Shown: positions 29,688 to 47,098, counted from the stretch's first letter. The stretch: 64,000 bases of DNA from Vicinamibacterales bacterium (GCA_965204175.1 OZ241978.1:4121330-4185329), one strand, 5' to 3'. A program made the numbers and translations. The notes: a model not told the origin generated them from the letters alone.

Positions 29688-31900
29688 GTTCTCGCGCCGC
29701 CGTACGTCGCGCGCAGGGTGAGCCGTGCGCGGGTGCGCGGCAGGAGCCGCGCCGCAGTGCAGCGTATTGCCCGCACCGTCCTGGCCACCGCCCGCCGCCC
29801 GTCGCGGTTCGCTTGTCCACTGGCGGGCAGGTCGACTTCAAGGGCGGGGAGCCGAACAAACCTGCCCGTGCGCAGTCGACGCGGCCGGTTCTCTGCATCA
29901 AGGCCGGCCCGCTCCCGTTCCCAGCGCCCTACGCGCACGCTCCCCTCGGCGAGGCGGCTCGTCACCGCGAGCTGATAGCAGAGGGTGGTCCGCGGGTCCA
30001 CGTCGTCCTCGGAGACGCATCGCGGCGGATTCGGAGCCCCCTGCTCCACGAGCATCATGTCGAATGGTGCGGGCACGCCTGCCGTTTCCGTGTGGGTCCT
30101 CACGCGCACGTTCAGTCCCACGCCACCAGGGTCCGGCCAGACGCGGGGCTCGCGATCGGCGTGGACTCTCTCTCCCGCTCCTCGGCCGTTGCTTTGGGTC
30201 GCGCTCGGGCCGGAGTCAACGTCGTCGTTCGACAGGCCCGGAACGAGCGCCATTAGCACGTACAGGCTCGAGAGCACCAGCAATGACGCGTCACGCAGCG
30301 GCAGATACCAGTCGTATCCTCGACAATCGCCCGCCGGCGCGCACGGGTTCCGGCCCCGGATGGCCTCGATCCACGTCCAGAGCCGCAACGGACCGGCCCC
30401 GATGTCGGCGTAAGGCCAGTCGCCCGACCTCTTCGGAAGCGCAACTGGGCGGAAGAGCGCGACGAAGCGACCGAACGCGCCCTCGGACGGTGCGGAGCAC
30501 ACGTTCCCGGAGCCGACGGAACGCGGGTACAGCCAGCGCCGCAGGCGCATCGCTTCCCGGGCGGGCGCAGTCCCGCGCAATGCCAGCCAGGCGGAGAACG
30601 GGAACGGCGGCCCACTGTAGCGCTCGACCAGCCCGCGCAGGGCCACGAGGTAGACCCCGAACCAGAAGCGGTCAGCGTCGAGACCGCCGCCGGTCATCCG
30701 GCCGATTCCCGCGCCGTCGGAGTCCGGCCGAGTGGACATCAGTCTCGGGTCGGGAAACCGGTCGGCATGGAGCGCCGTGACGACCTGCTTCAGTCCCACC
30801 CGCAAGCCGGATATCTCATCCGTGTAGTACGAGCGGAGGAGCTGGTACTGATGAAACGTGGGCGACTCCTCGTACACGTGTACGAACGGCGCGTGCGACT
30901 CCCTGCGCGCCTCGGTCGGAAACGCCTGAAACTCGCTCGCGAGCGCCAGCACGGCGTGTCGGATCTGCGGCTCCGCACTGCCGAAACCGGAGAACAGCAA
31001 CGTGCGGCTGCGGGCGCGATCGCGAAACAGGTCCGCCGCCCAGTGGTTGTCCCGAAACCCCTGAAGCTGGCGGTCCGTCAGCGCGATACGGTCCGCTTCG
31101 GCAACCGCGTCGCGCTCGTAGGCCGCAGCACAGCCGTTGATCTTATACAGACGCAACACCGGGCGCCGCCGCCCGCGTCCGCGCCGCCGGCACGCGCCCC
31201 AGCGCCGGTACTCGTCGATCTGCCGGATCACGCGGCACGGGCCACCGTCGCCGTCGTCAAGCTGGTCGAGCCGCGCCGCCAGCCGCGGGCCGAACGAGCG
31301 CGCCAACGCCTGTTCGATGCACGTATCCCAGTTGGTTGTCACAATCTCGTCGATGACACCCTCCCGGCACAGATACGCCAAGTAGCGGTGGGCCGGCCGC
31401 GGGACGAGCGTCGTGAAGCGCTCGATCCGCAGCACCCTGCAGACGGACTGCGGATCGCTGAGCCACGTACAGACTTCGGCCAGCCTGTCGAGCGACGCGT
31501 TGCCGTGGGACAGTTTCTTGTCGTCAGACAGTTTCTCGACGAAGTCGCCTTCCGTTGAGCAGTGGAGATTCGGAACGTGGAGGAGCCTTGCGGCCCGCTT
31601 CGCCGTGTCCGGACTCGACTTGCACCGTGCCCACAACCAGTTCGCCAACGACCGCTTCAGACTGCCCGTCCGCGGGCTGAACTCCGACGGATCCGGGCGC
31701 TCCGGCTCGCAGCCGACGCGATGCCCGGACTCGCAGGTGCGGGCGGGCGGCGAACCGTCACCTGACGGCGCTTTGCACTCATTGCTGGTTCCGGCGCCGA
31801 GAAACGGGACGAGGGCGCCGTCGAGCAGGCGCGTCAGGATCGCGTCGAGATAACGATCGACCTGCGCCTGAGTCCCCGTTGGCTCACCCAGATGACTCAC
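29684..31900 (-). CDS. SIR2-like domain protein with an unrecognised C-terminal half
   Basis: VPFLGAGTS, AHRYLA, VTTNWDTCIE, LYKINGC, LLFSGFG. Confidence 0.82.
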   Translation of the reverse strand: MSHLGEPTGTQAQVDRYLDAILTRLLDGALVPFLGAGTSNECKAPSGDGSPPARTCESGHRVGCEPERPDPSEFSPRTGSLKRSLANWLWARCKSSPDTAKRAARLLHVPNLHCSTEGDFVEKLSDDKKLSHGNASLDRLAEVCTWLSDPQSVCRVLRIERFTTLVPRPAHRYLAYLCREGVIDEIVTTNWDTCIEQALARSFGPRLAARLDQLDDGDGGPCRVIRQIDEYRRWGACRRRGRGRRRPVLRLYKINGCAAAYERDAVAEADRIALTDRQLQGFRDNHWAADLFRDRARSRTLLFSGFGSAEPQIRHAVLALASEFQAFPTEARRESHAPFVHVYEESPTFHQYQLLRSYYTDEISGLRVGLKQVVTALHADRFPDPRLMSTRPDSDGAGIGRMTGGGLDADRFWFGVYLVALRGLVERYSGPPFPFSAWLALRGTAPAREAMRLRRWLYPRSVGSGNVCSAPSEGAFGRFVALFRPVALPKRSGDWPYADIGAGPLRLWTWIEAIRGRNPCAPAGDCRGYDWYLPLRDASLLVLSSLYVLMALVPGLSNDDVDSGPSATQSNGRGAGERVHADREPRVWPDPGGVGLNVRVRTHTETAGVPAPFDMMLVEQGAPNPPRCVSEDDVDPRTTLCYQLAVTSRLAEGSVRVGRWERERAGLDAENRPRRLRTGRFVRLPALEVDLPASGQANRDGRRAVARTVRAIRCTAARLLPRTRARLTLRATYGGART

Positions 31901-31904
31901 GGTC

Positions 31905-35279
<3,375 letters not shown>

Positions 35280-35315
35280 GCTCTTCGTTTCCTCGCTTCT
35301 GCGCCATGGCCGCCG

Positions 35316-35917
35316 TCATGTACTGTCCTCGTCCTGTCCTGTCGCGAGCTCGCCGGCGACGGCTTCGACACCGGCCAGGAAGATCCGGAAACTGGTCGAC
35401 CGATTGCGTTCGCGCGTCAGATGCTGTGCCATCCGTCTGGCACCGGATACCTTCTGGAACTCGGGTACGAGGTCCTCAAGCTCCTGGTACGGGCGGACCA
35501 CTGCATCGGAGTGGGGATTCGTGCTCGTCGTGCCAGATCCCGTAGCGCCTCGCGGCCGAAAGCCTCCGCGAGGGCCTCCGGTTCACCGAGATACCACGCT
35601 TCCAGTTCCTGGCACGCCAGACGGATCAGAGTGTCGGGCCGGCGAGCTGCTTCGCAGAGCCCGCGCAGGGCTTCTTTCCGTGCACGGCGGTCCCCTCCGT
35701 CGTTGTCCCGAACAACTGCGAACCGCACGCCGGGCTCTCGCCACGCACGGAGCTTGCGCGGGATGCTGCGTTCGAGATTGAGGAAGCTCATGGCGTCGAA
35801 GAGCGTCGACTTGCCCGACCCGTTCGCGCCGACAACGGTCGCCATGGACGGCAGGTCCGTCAACTCGGCGTTGCGAAACACGCGGTAGTTCCGCAGAAAT
35901 ATCGATTCAATCCGCAT
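35316..35917 (-). pseudogene. Deletion-fused remnant of an AAA ATPase and DUF4276-like gene pair
   Basis: MRIESIFLRNYRVF..GANGSGKSTLFD joins directly to LERSIPRKL..RDND..QELEAWYLG; frameshift near 35520; ends NRSTSF. Confidence 0.75.
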
Positions 35918-35997
35918 CCGGTCGCTCCGGGACCCAAGTGTACTTGCCGTCGCGCTCCATGCGTGACGGGAGTTGGCTCCGGTCGTCAGACACACGC

Positions 35998-39576
<3,579 letters not shown>

Positions 39577-39911
39577 CGTCGCAAACGGTATCAGGCCAAA
39601 CGACATACGCGCCAGGAACGCCGCCGTTCTATCAATGGCCGCCATTCACCCTCCACGACCGATCGCGGCTGCTCGGCGACCCTCATCTGCGAAACCGCGT
39701 CCAGAAGGAGAACGTAGGCGCGGAGAGGCGCGCACGACCTTGCCGGCCACGACCTCGCGTCTGCTCGGCGACGGGCATCCTGCGGCGCCCGCCGTTACGA
39801 AGGGCTGCTTCATCACGTGATGTTCCATCGAGTGTCGTCCGTGCCGACGGTTCCGGGTGCCAAGCCGCTCGGATCTCAGCGCGGCGAACGGGCAGTTTGC
39901 CCCTCCGAGCG

Positions 39912-40463
39912 GAACTGGGGTCAACGATCCGCAGGACTGGGGTCCAAGGGGCTCTGTGAACTGGGGTCATGCGACGTGGCACTGTTTTCGACGGTGCAAT
40001 GCAACGTTGCACCGATCCGTCGGATCCAGCCTTCCCGCAGGGAAAAATACTGGGTGAGCGACCCCGGAACCGGGGTCGCTCACCCCTCTGATCTCCGATC
40101 TCTGTGCGCCGGCGAAACAGTGCCATGAAGCGTCCTTCTTGCAGACAACATGACAACGTTTTTGCGTGCGTTTCTCGGACTCTCGGGAGTTGCTGATCGG
40201 ATTGGTCCCCGGAGCGTTTTCCGTCTGTAGGAACCTGCTTGCAACCTGCTTCGTTTCAGGTGTTTAGCACGTCTGCCGTGGCTGCGTTCGGTCCTTGGTC
40301 CCCCAGGCTCACGGGTGGATGTTCGTGGTTCTCCGAGGGGCTTTCGGCGCCGAACTGAGGCCGTGGTTCACCGTGCACTACTCTTGCGTCCTGCGCGGGC
40401 CGGATTCGGCGCTTGCACTGCGGATACCGGGCCCACCAACGAACGCGATCTTGACCCCAGTTC
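39912..40463. repeat. GAACTGGGGTCA repeat cluster, perfect hairpin and one inverted copy
   Basis: Copies at 39912, 39934 (variant) and 39958; inverted copy at 40452-40463; 16-bp-arm palindrome at 40052-40085. Confidence 0.75.
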
Positions 40464-40583
40464 GGTTTTCGGGGTTTTCGGCGGGGCTCGGATTTTTCGC
40501 GATCAGTGCACTGTTTTCGGCGCACCGTGCACTGTTTTTGCGCGTTCGGGCCGGTCCTGGCCGTGGTCCGGCTGGAGGTTCTC

Positions 40584-41140
40584 ATGCAGATGAAGCGCGT
40601 GGTCGTGTTCCTGCCGTCGGCGGTCGTCAAGGCCTGCGACGCGTTGGCTGACCGCTATGGTTCCAACCGTTTCGAGGTCGTGCGCCTGGCGGTTGCCGAG
40701 GGCATGCCGGCCGCCGTGGAGGCGCTGGAATGGTTCCGGGACCTGCGGCTGGTGAAGGCGGCCGGCGCCGGCGCTTCGCGGCTGTGGCGCGTCCGGGGGA
40801 CGCGGAAGCGTCCGGGGCGGGGCCGTCCGCGCAAGGTGCTGGATCCGGACCGGGCGGTTTCCGTGTTGCTGGACTACGGGCGCGCTGCGCGTGCGGCGCA
40901 GCCCCAGATGCCCGAAGCGGACCTCGATGCGGCTCTTCGCCTGCACGCCCAGGTGCTCGGCGTGGCGCCCGATGACATCGACGACGTCGTGGCCCACGCG
41001 CTCGCCCGGGTGTTCGGCAAGCCGCGCAGGTCGAAGCGGTTGCGGACCCGTCGCAGCCGCCGGAGAGGCTGGCGTATGCGTGCGCGGGGAGGACCCTGTC
41101 CAGCTGGGGGGTGCTCCCGGCGCACGCGGAGAGGAGGTGA
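40584..41140 (+). CDS. RHH-like DNA-binding protein (probable frameshift near 41020)
   Basis: GGAGG RBS; MKRVVVFLPSAVVKACDALADRYGSNRFEVVRLAV; AT-hook-like RGRPRK. Confidence 0.5.
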
Positions 41141-41144
41141 TTCG

Positions 41145-41459
41145 ATGCCGTTGACTCCCGTCTGGGAACCGGACGCCGAAGCGTTGGATCGGACACTCAA
41201 GCTGCGGGTCTCGACGCGTCAGCTCGAGCAGCTCGACCTGGCGGTGGCCGAGTTCAACATGGCCCGCTCGTGGGTTCTTCGCGAGTGCGTTGCGCTCGGC
41301 TTCCCTCTGTTCGTCGAGCAGGTGCGCCAGCGGCGCCGCGCGGGGCTGGTTCCGCGCGGGGAGTATCAGAATCCAGATGTGGCCGGTCCGCGGCGTGGCC
41401 CTCGCTCGGATGGCCGGCGTGCCGATCGGTGGGTCAATGCTCCGGTTCGACGCGGTTGA
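41145..41459 (+). CDS. RHH/CopG-like DNA-binding protein
   Basis: Strong GAGGAGGTGA RBS; TLKLRVSTRQLEQLDLAVAEFNMARSWVLRECV. Confidence 0.55.
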   Translation: MPLTPVWEPDAEALDRTLKLRVSTRQLEQLDLAVAEFNMARSWVLRECVALGFPLFVEQVRQRRRAGLVPRGEYQNPDVAGPRRGPRSDGRRADRWVNAPVRRG

Positions 41460-42402
41460 GGAAGGCGGTGGGAGGTTGTCGGATCCGGCCGGATCGGGTT
41501 GCCGGTACCGAGAGGCGTACTTCTCTGTGCCGCACGGGCTATTAGACGCAGTAGAGGCGCGTCTGGTTCCCGGCCGGCGAAACATTTTTCGCCTGTTCCG
41601 GATTCCCTTCCGGGGCAGCCGGCAGCCGTGAGCTCGGTGCGGTCGCCCGAGCAGCGTATTGCCTGGTGGCCCGGGGCTGTTGCTCTCGGTGCGTGCGGAC
41701 GGGGCGTCGGCCCGGATTTCGATGGATGCGCGCCGCCGTGTGCGCGCTCGCCGGCGTTGACGGCACGCCGCTGGGTGCGCCCCTTTGAGGCGGGTATCCG
41801 GTTGCGTGCCTCCTCGCTCCCGAGAGGCGTTCAGTGCAGTGCGGGCAACCTCGGGCGGCTGTGTGCGGAGGAGGTCGTCCTGCTCGGTGCGGTCGCCGCG
41901 CTGACCGGCGTGGTGCTTGATGCCGCTCCTCAAGGACGTTGGCGTCGACGATGGCCTCGGCGGTCACCAGGTCGTGATGGCTGAAGGATCGCGCTCCCCT
42001 CGATGCAGACTGGTGGCCGTCAGGATCATGCCGGGCAGCCTCCGGCTGTGTGGCCCGCGGTTCCTGCTCGGCGCCTAGTGGGCCTTGCGTTCTGCTCGGT
42101 GCAGGGGTCACTGAGGCACCGGCCGCGCGCTGCGGGTCGACGCGGTCACGGTCGATGCGGGCACGCATGTGCGCGAGGGCGATTGACGAGGCCGTCGTCG
42201 ATGACCATGCCGAGCGCCTCGGCGAGGGCGTCCGGTTTCCTGCTGTGTCGTTCCGCGACAGCTCGCGCTGCTGCCTTGCCGACATCTCGACTGGCTCGGC
42301 CACGCTGCTCGGTGCGCCGCATAGCCAGGTCGTCTGGCGGTCGGCGTCGTCCTCCACTTCGTGGAGACCTTCTGGGGGGCTGGCTCTTGTGCTCAGTGCC
42401 GG

Positions 42403-42620
42403 GTCGACCAAGTCCTGCCAGATGGCCATGGCGTTGCGGCCGCGGCCGAGCGCGGCGACGATCAGCTCGCGGTCGGGCTCACACGCGCTGACTTGCGGCG
42501 CTCGACCGGACCGTTGCGCGGAGACGGGTGCGGCGTCGATGCCCTTGCCGGCCGCCGTGGCCGGCGAAGAGTCGGTGGACACCTCCGGCGAGGCCGTCAG
42601 TCCGGAGGCTTGCGAAGGAG
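42403..42620 (-). mobile_element. IS21-family IstA transposase fragment
   Basis: GRAPQVSACEPDRELIVAALGRGRNAMAIWQDLVD resembles an IstA N-terminal region; no DDE domain follows. Confidence 0.6.
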
Positions 42621-42734
42621 GCCGCGACTCGCGCCGGGCGGCTCCGGCGCAGCGCGCGGCGGCATCGGCCGCAACCCGGCCCGGCGGCCGTGCGAAAGGA
42701 GGTATCTTGATGCGCACCGGCTCAAGAAGGGGAA

Positions 42735-44407
42735 GTGCGAGCGGCGAACGAGATCTTCACCCTGCTGCCCGAGGGGCACGACTTGGCAGTGATAATCGAG
42801 GCCCTCGCCGGCCGGAACGGCGTGAGCGACGAGGCCCGCGGCGAACTGTCCACCCGCATCCCGCAAGCTGCGCATCAAGGGGTTCCGCGACGCCAACCGC
42901 GCGCCGCACGACCGGCTGGTCGAGACGATCGTCGACGCGATCGCCGAAGGCGACCATCGGCTCGCCGCCGCCATTCTCGCCACCTGGATGCAGACCCGTT
43001 CGGCGTTGCGGGAAAGGGCCGCCGCGCACCTGCGGGGACGCGGCATCGATGTCGTCGACGCGCCGCCGGTGCGGTTCACCAGTTGCTAGGACACCGACGA
43101 GTGGCTGCTCGAACGCAACCGGATGCTTCGGGACGGCGATGGCGCCCATGCGCACCGCGACGACGCCGCGCTGATGCTGAGTCTGGTGTCCGGCCGGTTT
43201 CCCGGTCCCCCGCCGGTCGAATCCGAGCTATTCAAGACCTGGATCGACACGCTGTGGGATCTGCCCGCGTCAGCGCCCGAATGGCCCGCCGACGCGGCCA
43301 ACCTGGGCAAGTGGATCCGCTACATCCTGCGAGAGAAGGAACGCGAGATCATCGAAGGTGTCGTTCACAAGATCGCCGACCAGTGGAACGGGATCGAGAA
43401 CGAGTTCAACGACGACCTGCACTACCTGGGGATCGGCACGCTGACGTTGCAGACCCCGCTTGGCGGACCGGAGTTTCTGATCGGAACGCTCGAGTTCCTG
43501 ACCGCGCTACGGGTCCAGCTGGAGGCTTACCGGCCGTTGCGGCCGCAGGCGGCCTCCCGCCGGGAAGAACTCGAACGGTCTGAAGCGCGCCGGGCGGCAG
43601 AGGATGGGATCCTGAAGCTGACGGCCGAGTGGCGGGAGCGCATGGCGCGCGCCAGGCAGGCGCGGGAGGCGGCGACAGCGGCACACGGAGCCGAGCCCGC
43701 TGTCGAGGCGGAAGAGCCGCCTACCGGGAAGCAGGCCGACACAGACCCGGCGGCCATCGAGTCGCTGACCGCTGAACGCGACCGGCTGCAGGCCGAACTG
43801 CGCACGCTGCGCGAGGAGAACGGCCGGCTCCGCAGCAGCAACGAGGAGTTGAACGCCGAGAGCGGGCGACGGGACGACGAGACCAGGAAGCTGAACGATC
43901 TGATCGTGCGCAGCCGCAGGACCGAAGAGCAGTGGCGGCAGGCCTACGTCGAGAGCAGGAAGGGTCGCCGGCCCGACGACACGCCCGTCAGCATCGACAG
44001 CGTCGGCGAGGCCGTGGCGCTGGCGCGCGAGGCCTTCCCCGACCGGTTGCTGATCAAGCTCAACTCGCGCTCAAACGAGAACACGCCGTTCACCAATCCT
44101 GCGGAGGTGTACGACGCGCTCGCCTGGCTCGCCACCGCGCACTGCGACGGAAACGACGATCGCATAGGAGAAGCCTGCTCCGGGTGGACGTGCAAGACGA
44201 GCCAGCGCGAGGAATCGATCGCGAAGTACCGCGAATGGTACGAGACGCTGGCCGACGGGAAGACCTGGTACCTCGGCGCCCACATCGGCAAGGGAACCAG
44301 TCGCGACCCGCGGCACACCATCCGGATCGGCTTCGCGCGCGACAGAGGAAGGCAACCGCGTGGTCGTCGGTTTCATCGGCCTGCACCAGCGAAACCGGCA
44401 GTCATGA
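42735..44407 (+). pseudogene. Disrupted coiled-coil protein with a possible RelE-like C-terminal domain
   Basis: Frameshift near 42870, in-frame TAG at 43087, frameshift near 44340; C-terminus HIGKGTSRDPRHTIRIGF/..RVVVGFIGLHQ. Confidence 0.55.
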
Positions 44408-44963
44408 AGAACAGGCAGGAAGCTGCGGGAGCAGAGTGGACCGCCGGAAGCAGCCCGGGTGGGTGGACGGCGCGCGTCGAGCGCGATTGTCGCCGCCGTG
44501 GCGGTCCGCCGTGTGGTGGTGCAGCTCGCGCTGGATGCTCGGCCGCGCACTTTGCCCGCCGGACCGACGGCGCCGGGACGTCGCCCCGCACGCGCGACGC
44601 GTTCTCCCGCGGCTGGATCGAGGACGCTGTCCCAGGATCGCCTCCGGGTCCGGTTGCGATGGTGTGGAGAGAGGACGACCGCCGGGACGCACAACGCAGC
44701 GGCGGCGCGGCGCCGGGCTGGCGAGGGGTCGGCTGTCGGCGGTCCGGCCGGATGGCCGGCTACACTACCGGCATGGGTGCGCGAACCGGGAGGTGGCCGG
44801 CGCGGCGGCGCGCGACTGGACCACCTGCCGCTTGCTGGCGGCACGACTGCGGCTGGAGACTGCCCGGTCGGCAGCGCAGCCTGCCGACCCCGGGCAGGGC
44901 GGGTCCGGCGAGAGCTTCGCGGCCTGATGCGAGTGCAGGGCCCGGCCCTGCAAGGCCGGGCCG

Positions 44964-45239
44964 TTGATGCAGGCTGGCGAGCCGGACACCGGGATGCGAC
45001 GCGACGACACGCTGCCGTCTGTCGAGACGACGATGCAGTTCCTCGCCCTGTGCGAGCGGTACGGTTCGGAAGAGTCGGCGGTGGCCGCTGTCGTGCGGGG
45101 CCGGCGCACGGGCGTACCGGGGTTGCCCTGCCGCGATGACTGGCCGGCGTGGAACGCGGTCGAGATGCGTGCGGCGGTCGACTACCTCATGCAGGCGGGG
45201 GGCGCCGCGACGACCGAATCCGGCGCGTTGAGTCGGTAG
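44964..45239 (+). CDS. Hypothetical protein
   Basis: Plausible composition; co-directional with the next small gene. Confidence 0.35.
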   Translation: MMQAGEPDTGMRRDDTLPSVETTMQFLALCERYGSEESAVAAVVRGRRTGVPGLPCRDDWPAWNAVEMRAAVDYLMQAGGAATTESGALSR

Positions 45240-45328
45240 CGGGTCTCGCCGGGCCGCCGTCGGCGGACGTTCGTGCATTTCGGCGGCCGGCGCGATGCGG
45301 CGGCGGGTCGTCCTGGAGGAGCATCACG

Positions 45329-45583
45329 ATGTCGAGCAGCGGAATCCTGGATACCCTGCGCAACGAGGAGCGCTCGCTCAAGAGCCAGCTCGTCGCCATC
45401 CAGCGCGCCATCGAGGCGATTGAAGGAACTGCCGCGCCGACCGCGCGGCGCGGCAGCAGGAAGGCGGTCAAGGCGGTCGGGAGGCGCAAACGCACGATGA
45501 CCGAGGAGCAGCGCCGGGCCGTGGCCGAGCGGATGCGGAAGTACTGGGCTGCACGACGGGCGGAAAAGGCCGAGGGGAACTGA
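45329..45583 (+). CDS. Small basic coiled-coil protein (possibly nucleoid-associated)
   Basis: GGAGGA RBS; N-terminal coiled coil; RRKRTMTEEQRRAVAERMRKYWAARR tail. Confidence 0.7.
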   Translation: MSSSGILDTLRNEERSLKSQLVAIQRAIEAIEGTAAPTARRGSRKAVKAVGRRKRTMTEEQRRAVAERMRKYWAARRAEKAEGN

Positions 45584-45785
45584 CCGCAGCAGTGACGCGA
45601 ACGCGCGCTTCCGGTCGCATCCTACCCGCGGTGGCGGGCTTCGTGTTGGCGGGTCCGGGTCGCGGGATCGTCCAAGGTTGTGCGGGGGACTGCCCGATGG
45701 CCGTCAGGGGGACGGACCGGGCGCTTGGTCCTCGGGACAGCGAGCATGCGACGGCGTTGTCCGCGCCGGCGGTTGCGTTTCGGCG

Positions 45786-46163
45786 CTACCAGCGCAGGCA
45801 GGGGTCGGAGAGTGGGGACAGGTCGTCGAGCAGCGGTGTGCTCCGGACGGCGTCCTCGGCCGGGGGGGCGTCGGCTGCGTCCTCGATGCTCTCGAGCAGC
45901 CCGACCACGGCGGTTTCGGCGGGGTTGAGCGCGTGGTTGAGCAGCCACTGGCGCCGCACGTGGCAGGCGTAGCAGCGCTCGTGCGCGGGCCAGACGAGGC
46001 GACCGCAGGTCCCGGCGTCGAGCGGCAGGTCGACGCCGGCGCACAGCCTCTTGTCGCGGTTGGCGGCCCGGTGGCGGCGCATGACCTCGCGGTTGGCGAT
46101 GCGGCGGCGCAGGCGGCGCAGCCACTGGCGCTGTTCGGGGCGGAGCAGGTCGGCGAGAGGCAT
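45786..46163 (-). CDS. Hypothetical protein with a Cys-rich motif
   Basis: AGGAGG RBS; C..C..RCYACH followed by an acidic tail. Confidence 0.45.
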   Translation of the reverse strand: MPLADLLRPEQRQWLRRLRRRIANREVMRRHRAANRDKRLCAGVDLPLDAGTCGRLVWPAHERCYACHVRRQWLLNHALNPAETAVVGLLESIEDAADAPPAEDAVRSTPLLDDLSPLSDPCLRW

Positions 46164-47016
46164 CAGGTCGTCCTCCTGGAGAAAGGGAGTGGCCCCGGAG
46201 CGGGGCCGGGTGGAACGGGCCGGCAGGCCCAATGGACGTTGCGGACGCGGGAGGGTCGTAGACCAGCGGCGTGGCGGCGGGGGGCAGAATGCAGAGGCGT
46301 TGCCTTGACCGCCCGCCCTGGCCGTGTTCGGTCTCCGTCCGCGCTACCCGATTGTCGCCCGCTACCGCTCCCTCTCCCGGGTCCGTGGTCTTGCGCGCCG
46401 ACTCGGGGAGGCGCGCCGGCCCGGCAGCGGCGTCGGCGTGGTGTTGTTGGTGGTGGCTACCGTCGTCGCAGCGCAGGGCGGGCGGTCACGGGTGCTGGAT
46501 GCGATCTGCCACGATGAGTTGTTGACTGCGCTTGGTCGCGATCAGTCTCACCGCACCCACGGCCGCGCATTGGGTTCGGAAACAGGTCGATTGATGGTGG
46601 CGCCTGGTTGCACCAGGCGGATCCGCCCGGACGGACGGTGTCCCGGCTGGCATGGAGCAGACTTTCGCCCCTCGAAACCTCTGGACCGTGTCCAATGGAA
46701 GACAGTGTTCTGGAAACGAAAGAGCAAGTAGAAACTGCACCATAAATGGTGCATCGGGCGGCCGTCAATATATTGACACACTGCAAATGTTGACTTTTAA
46801 CTTCTCTTGTCCATCTACAGGATTGCGTCCATGGAAGCAATCCATAGTATTGGATCGCCAAGTAGAAAAGCGAAATAAAGGCGAACACATAGCACTTGCA
46901 CGTGTCAGTGCGTGCCCGCGTTTTCGCCTCTTCGCAGCAGCCGTCCCCGACCTGCTTCCGGGGAGGTCCCGCCGACGCTTGCGCGCGGCCCGGTCGGTTA
47001 CGCTCGCCGGCGTGCG

Positions 47017-47098
47017 ATGGCTGACCTCGTAATCGTCGAATCGCCCGGAAAGACGGGCAAGATCAACCAGCTCCTCGGGGCGGGCTACGTCGTTCGTG
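47017..47098 (+). pseudogene. DNA topoisomerase IA N-terminal (TOPRIM) fragment
   Basis: MADLVIVESPGKTGKINQLLGAGYVVR, after which similarity is lost. Confidence 0.7.

Noticed and set aside
39912-39969. Mini CRISPR array
   Set aside because: 12-bp units at a 22-24 bp period are too short for a repeat-spacer structure
44408-44967. C-terminal extension of ORF 43123-44967
   Set aside because: Low-complexity read-through after a frameshift; the plausible end is 44407
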